Assembly (NCBI GenBank): GCA_036172265.1
Contig: JASFBA010000099.1
Span: 631-64,630 of the forward strand
DNA: 64,000 nt
From: Chloroflexia bacterium
Lineage (GTDB): Bacteria > Chloroflexota > Chloroflexia > DTKN01
Direction of reading: 5' to 3'
Both the position numbers and the translations under genes were made by a program. Positions within the stretch are counted from its first letter, which is position 1, and the number at the start of each line of letters is the position of its first letter. The notes beneath the pieces were generated by a model. It saw nothing but the letters and a program-made list of their open reading frames with translations. It had not been told where the DNA came from and ran no database searches. Shown here piece by piece: positions 60,484 to 64,000 of the stretch.

Positions 60484-62247
60484 CTAGAAGTAACTGGAGA
60501 GAATGATATAGAGTCGGCGGATATTTTCCGGCGTGCCCTCGACCATGCGTCCTTCCGTAGCCTCGGCGAGGCGCTCCAGGAGGTCACGGTCGGCGTCGCT
60601 TCCGTAGGCGATGGTGAAGATACGCACCGGCCGGCCGGATGCCGAAACTCTCTCGATTTCTTCCATCAGGGAATAGGCGCCGTAGCGGGTCGAGGCGGTG
60701 TCCAGCCCGTCGGTCATGAGGACGACGGCGTTGATGCGCTGCTCGTCATAGTTTTCCGGAGCAGACATCAGTTGCAGCGCATAAGCGGAGACGTCGTAGA
60801 GCACGGTACTGTAATCGGCTACCAAGGTGTCTACTGCCGCCCGAATGCGCTCCTTATCCCCCGGCCGCAGGAGGGAAAGAGGCACCAGCATGTCGATGCG
60901 ATCGTTAAAGACCACGATGCCCAGGCGGTCGCCCTCGATCACCTGGCCGTCCCGCACTTCCTCCTCGACCAGTTGGTCCAGGAAGAGTTTCAGCCCTTCC
61001 TGGGCGGCGGCAAGTTTTCCTTCGTCGGCCATTGAGCCGGAGACGTCCACAACGAGCAGCACGTTGACCCGCTTGCGCACGCCCTGCCAGGTTTGAAGGA
61101 GTGCCTCCAGGGTATCGGCGGAGGGCACTTCCAGCACTGTCTGGGGTTGGAAGGGGTCCACCCCGAGGTCCGGCCCGAAAAGCGAGTTCTGAAGGGGGAT
61201 GGAAGTATCGCTGGGGCGAAACCCGGCCTGGAGGGCTTTTTCCTGGGCCGGGCGGGAAAGGAGGAATTCCCGAAAGGCCAGGGCGGCGGCCTGCTGGTCG
61301 GGGTCCACCCATTCCCCGCGCAGGATAACGTAAGGGTGGTCGCTCCAAAAAGTGCCCTCCCGGGGGTAGATAGCCACCAGGCGCTGAGGAAGAGGGCCGT
61401 AGGCACCCAGGTTCAGGCGAACGACGGTCTGCTCTTCCAGGACAACGGCGCTGGCGTAGGCCGGCCCGCGCTGGGCCATTTGCCGGGCAAAATACTCGGT
61501 GGACTCGCCGTAGTGGATGATGGCGCTTTCCACTTTCTGGACAAAATCGCGGGTATCAGGCCGTTCCAGGTCCTCCGGCAGGAGGTCGCGTACTTTGCCG
61601 GCGGCGGCATAGCCCTCGGCGGCCACAGAGAGGAGACCGCTATTGGAAAAGTACGGGTTGGTGTGGCCCAGTTTGAAGCGCCCCCATTCCGGATGGCCGT
61701 AGGCACCCCACCCTCGTTCATCCAGGGTAGCCGCAATCACCTCGGCCCAGCCGATTTTCCGCTCGGGATAGCCCATTGCACGGGCCTGGTCCTCCCACAT
61801 GGCGATGACCAGTGGGCTGACCACCAGCGGTTCGGGGTAGATCGCCAGCGGTTCCGTCGCGCCGGTCTCTTCCTGCCAGCGCCGGTTCAAAAGGGGCACC
61901 CAGAGGGTGCTGGCTGGACTCCAGACGGTAGGCCTCTCCCCTTCCAGGATGGCCTGGAGCGCTTCGCCCGAATCGATCGCCCGGGCCAGAACGCGGACCG
62001 GCTTCCCTCCCACACGGATGTCGCTTCCGTTGAACTCTTCCACCAGCGGCTCCAGCCAGGCCGCCTTCTCCGGCGAGTAGAGGAGGGTAACCCTAATGCC
62101 TTCTTCCTCGGCCTGGGGAGGTTCGCCGGCGGGAAGGAGGCTCTGCACAACGACCCAGACGATCCAGGCGGAGAAACAGCAGAAGAGGAGGAGGGTCAGA
62201 ACCCCTACGACCCAGGGCGCCGTCTGGCCTCGTTTTTGTCGCCCCAT
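60484..62247 (-). CDS. substrate-binding-like plus von Willebrand factor A (VWA) domain protein, N-terminally anchored
   Basis: N-terminal TM helix, periplasmic binding-protein-like domain, and a C-terminal VWA with MIDAS motif (VLLVVDVSGSM). Confidence 0.75.
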   Translation of the reverse strand: MGRQKRGQTAPWVVGVLTLLLFCCFSAWIVWVVVQSLLPAGEPPQAEEEGIRVTLLYSPEKAAWLEPLVEEFNGSDIRVGGKPVRVLARAIDSGEALQAILEGERPTVWSPASTLWVPLLNRRWQEETGATEPLAIYPEPLVVSPLVIAMWEDQARAMGYPERKIGWAEVIAATLDERGWGAYGHPEWGRFKLGHTNPYFSNSGLLSVAAEGYAAAGKVRDLLPEDLERPDTRDFVQKVESAIIHYGESTEYFARQMAQRGPAYASAVVLEEQTVVRLNLGAYGPLPQRLVAIYPREGTFWSDHPYVILRGEWVDPDQQAAALAFREFLLSRPAQEKALQAGFRPSDTSIPLQNSLFGPDLGVDPFQPQTVLEVPSADTLEALLQTWQGVRKRVNVLLVVDVSGSMADEGKLAAAQEGLKLFLDQLVEEEVRDGQVIEGDRLGIVVFNDRIDMLVPLSLLRPGDKERIRAAVDTLVADYSTVLYDVSAYALQLMSAPENYDEQRINAVVLMTDGLDTASTRYGAYSLMEEIERVSASGRPVRIFTIAYGSDADRDLLERLAEATEGRMVEGTPENIRRLYIILSSYF

Positions 62248-62259
62248 TGCGGCCCTCCT

Positions 62260-63450
62260 CTAGGGCTGTGCCTGGCGGAACAGAGCCTGTAGTTCGCGGA
62301 TGACCTCGGCCGAGGGGGGTTCCACTAGGTTAATGCGGGGGATCTGTACCTGCAGGCCCTGTTCCTGGTACAGGTTGAAGGGGTTCTCCGGGTCATCGTT
62401 GACGACGGGGACGTCCACGTTGGCCGGCCGGAAGCCGTAGCGCAGAGCCTCTTTCTGGATGTCCTCGCGCAGGAGAAACTTCTGGAATTCGAGCGCCGCG
62501 TCCTTCTGGTCCGCTGAGGACCAGTCGGCCATCAGGATGCAAAAAGGGTGGTCGTTCCAGAGGTTTAGGCGGGGATAGAAGACGCGTAGAGAGGTGCCCC
62601 AGCGGCCGGGGGCGTTTTTCATCTGGGTGGCCACCAGGTTTTCATAGACCATAATGACATCATACTTGGAAGCCCCGTAGAGGATCATATCGCGCATGAG
62701 GTTTGCCGAGGCCCGGTCGTACCCGCCGACGATGCCGCGCCAGAGGGATTGCATCCAGGCCCGGTATAGGCTATCCATTAGTTCGGCCACCGTCAGTCCC
62801 CGAATCTTGTCAAAGTATTCGTAGGTCGCCAGGGTGATGGCCACCAGTCCGGAGTTGCTGAGCACCGGGTCGGTCTGGCCGAACTTGACATAGCCCCAGT
62901 CGGCCTGCCCCCCGAGCGTCTTCCAGCCCTCGGGTGCAGCGAGCGCCTCCTGGATGGTATCCCAGTCGGGTTCCTCTCCAAAGTGGTTCAAAAAGACCTC
63001 GGCCCGGTCCTGCCACATCACCAGGACCATCGGGGTAAGGACGAGTGGAGTGGCCTGGTACTGGCCGACACGCATAATGAGGTCGGTGCCATGCCGGGGA
63101 TACCACTCGGCGTTCAGGAGGTTGACCCAGAGCATAGAGGAAGGGGACCAAGCGGTAGGGGGATGGAGGAACTTTTCATCGCGGATATTGAGGAGGGCAT
63201 CGCCGCTGTCCATGGCCTCCAGGTGGACGACGATGCGCTGCCCGCCGATGCGGTGCCCTTCCTGGTTGAAGCGCCGGGCAGCAGCCGAAAGCCACTCGGT
63301 TTCCTCGGTGGCGTGCACAATCCAGATTTCGAGGTCGGGCAACTGGCTGGTCTTGGGCAAAAAGCCCACAAGGACACCGACCACGATGCCGATGGCCACC
63401 AAAAGGAAGACGACAAAGAGGATCAAGTTACGCCTTCTCATCCCCGCCAC
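62260..63450 (-). CDS. substrate-binding-like domain protein, paralogue of the N-terminal half of the adjacent SBP-VWA protein, N-terminally anchored
   Basis: Shares blocks with 60484..62247 (TVWSPASTLWV vs TAWSPSSMLWV, GHTNPYFSNSGLL vs GQTDPVLSNSGLV). It lacks the VWA domain. Confidence 0.65.
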   Translation of the reverse strand: MAGMRRRNLILFVVFLLVAIGIVVGVLVGFLPKTSQLPDLEIWIVHATEETEWLSAAARRFNQEGHRIGGQRIVVHLEAMDSGDALLNIRDEKFLHPPTAWSPSSMLWVNLLNAEWYPRHGTDLIMRVGQYQATPLVLTPMVLVMWQDRAEVFLNHFGEEPDWDTIQEALAAPEGWKTLGGQADWGYVKFGQTDPVLSNSGLVAITLATYEYFDKIRGLTVAELMDSLYRAWMQSLWRGIVGGYDRASANLMRDMILYGASKYDVIMVYENLVATQMKNAPGRWGTSLRVFYPRLNLWNDHPFCILMADWSSADQKDAALEFQKFLLREDIQKEALRYGFRPANVDVPVVNDDPENPFNLYQEQGLQVQIPRINLVEPPSAEVIRELQALFRQAQP

Positions 63451-63523
63451 TTCCTTTCTACCAGAGTAAGCCAGCAGGACAGGGAGGGCCCGGTCTAGCC
63501 CTCCCTGTCCACCTCAGGCGGGT

Positions 63524-64000
63524 TCAGGCCAGTCCCAGTTTCTTCTTCAGTTCGGCCAGGTCTTCTTCCACCGCTGCCTCGGCCTCGACATCGGCAAGTT
63601 GCGCTTCAGCCACGCCGCCCTGGAGTTGGGCCATGGCCCGGGCGCGGGCCAGCCGCTCGTCCACCCGCTCTTCCATCGCCGCCAGGCCCTCGAAAGCGGT
63701 GGTGCTATCGCCCAGGGTTCGCACGGTACGGTAGATGGCCTCCTGGGTTTCGGCCTGGTGCTTCTTGGCGATGATGATCTCCCGACGGGTGCGGGCTTCG
63801 GCGATGCGAGCCTCGAGTTTGCCCAGGGCCTCCTGGAGTTCCTCCACCTGCTTATCCTGAGCCTCGTACTGTTGCTTGTAGGAATCGGCGATCTGTTGGA
63901 AGGCACGCCGGCGGAGGAGGGCCTGTTTGGCCAGGTCTTCTTTGCCGGCCTTCAACGCCGCCTCGGCCTTGGTCTGCCACTCATCGGCCATGGCTTGGTT
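63524..64000 (-). CDS. pspA: PspA/IM30 family protein (phage-shock protein A), 5' end beyond the window
   Basis: Coiled-coil sequence with PspA register (KAEAALKAGKEDLAKQALLRRRAFQQIADSYKQQYEAQDKQVEELQEALGKLEARIAEARTRREIIIAKKHQAE). The N-terminal roughly 60 aa expected for the family lie upstream of position 64000. Confidence 0.8.
   Translation of the reverse strand, partial: NQAMADEWQTKAEAALKAGKEDLAKQALLRRRAFQQIADSYKQQYEAQDKQVEELQEALGKLEARIAEARTRREIIIAKKHQAETQEAIYRTVRTLGDSTTAFEGLAAMEERVDERLARARAMAQLQGGVAEAQLADVEAEAAVEEDLAELKKKLGLA

Overview
This is a high-GC (about 65-68%) bacterial chromosomal window that is densely coding on both strands. I infer a Chloroflexi (Thermomicrobia-like) or Deinococcus-Thermus-like origin; this is low confidence. 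It rests on a stand-alone rpoB-rpoC pair with its own promoter, a large coiled-coil insertion in beta-prime, a UPF0182 gene and a cyclase-ATPase-TPR protein.

Recognisable housekeeping genes in order:
- pyrE and rpoD/sigA on the minus strand.
- groES-groEL behind a perfect CIRCE operator.
- The methylmalonyl-CoA mutase B12-binding subunit plus meaB.
- A phnD-phnC-phnE phosphonate/phosphite ABC transporter, with an unusual 897-aa doubly fused PhnE.
- A UPF0182 membrane protein, an M28 peptidase and a bifunctional PGI/PMI.
- A large glycoside-hydrolase / O-antigen-ligase-like fusion protein.
- rpoB (carrying a Cys4 insertion) and rpoC.
- A PHP phosphatase, an atypical OmpR-type regulator, and selA with no other sel genes in the window.
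- An rlmI/ruvX/alaS neighbourhood that includes a 650-aa membrane protein.
- Two tandem M42 peptidases, a Xer-like tyrosine recombinase, adenine deaminase, a PBP1A, an N-terminal-only ComEC, and nifU-nifS.
- A C-terminal remnant of a REP-associated tyrosine transposase (RAYT) next to GC-rich palindromes.
- An adenylate/guanylate cyclase-ATPase-TPR protein and a LivK-type binding protein.
- A minus-strand cluster running pspA, SBP-like protein, SBP-VWA protein, membrane coiled-coil protein.

Non-coding structure includes a roughly 185-bp GC-rich hairpin-dense element duplicated between groEL and the mcm promoter, a striking inverted array of tandem heptamers between the convergent phnE and UPF0182 genes, REP-like perfect palindromes after rpoC, and several near-consensus sigma-A promoters.

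I found no CRISPR array, rRNA or tRNA. Many long ORFs in the supplied track lie antisense to conserved genes and are GC-frame artefacts.
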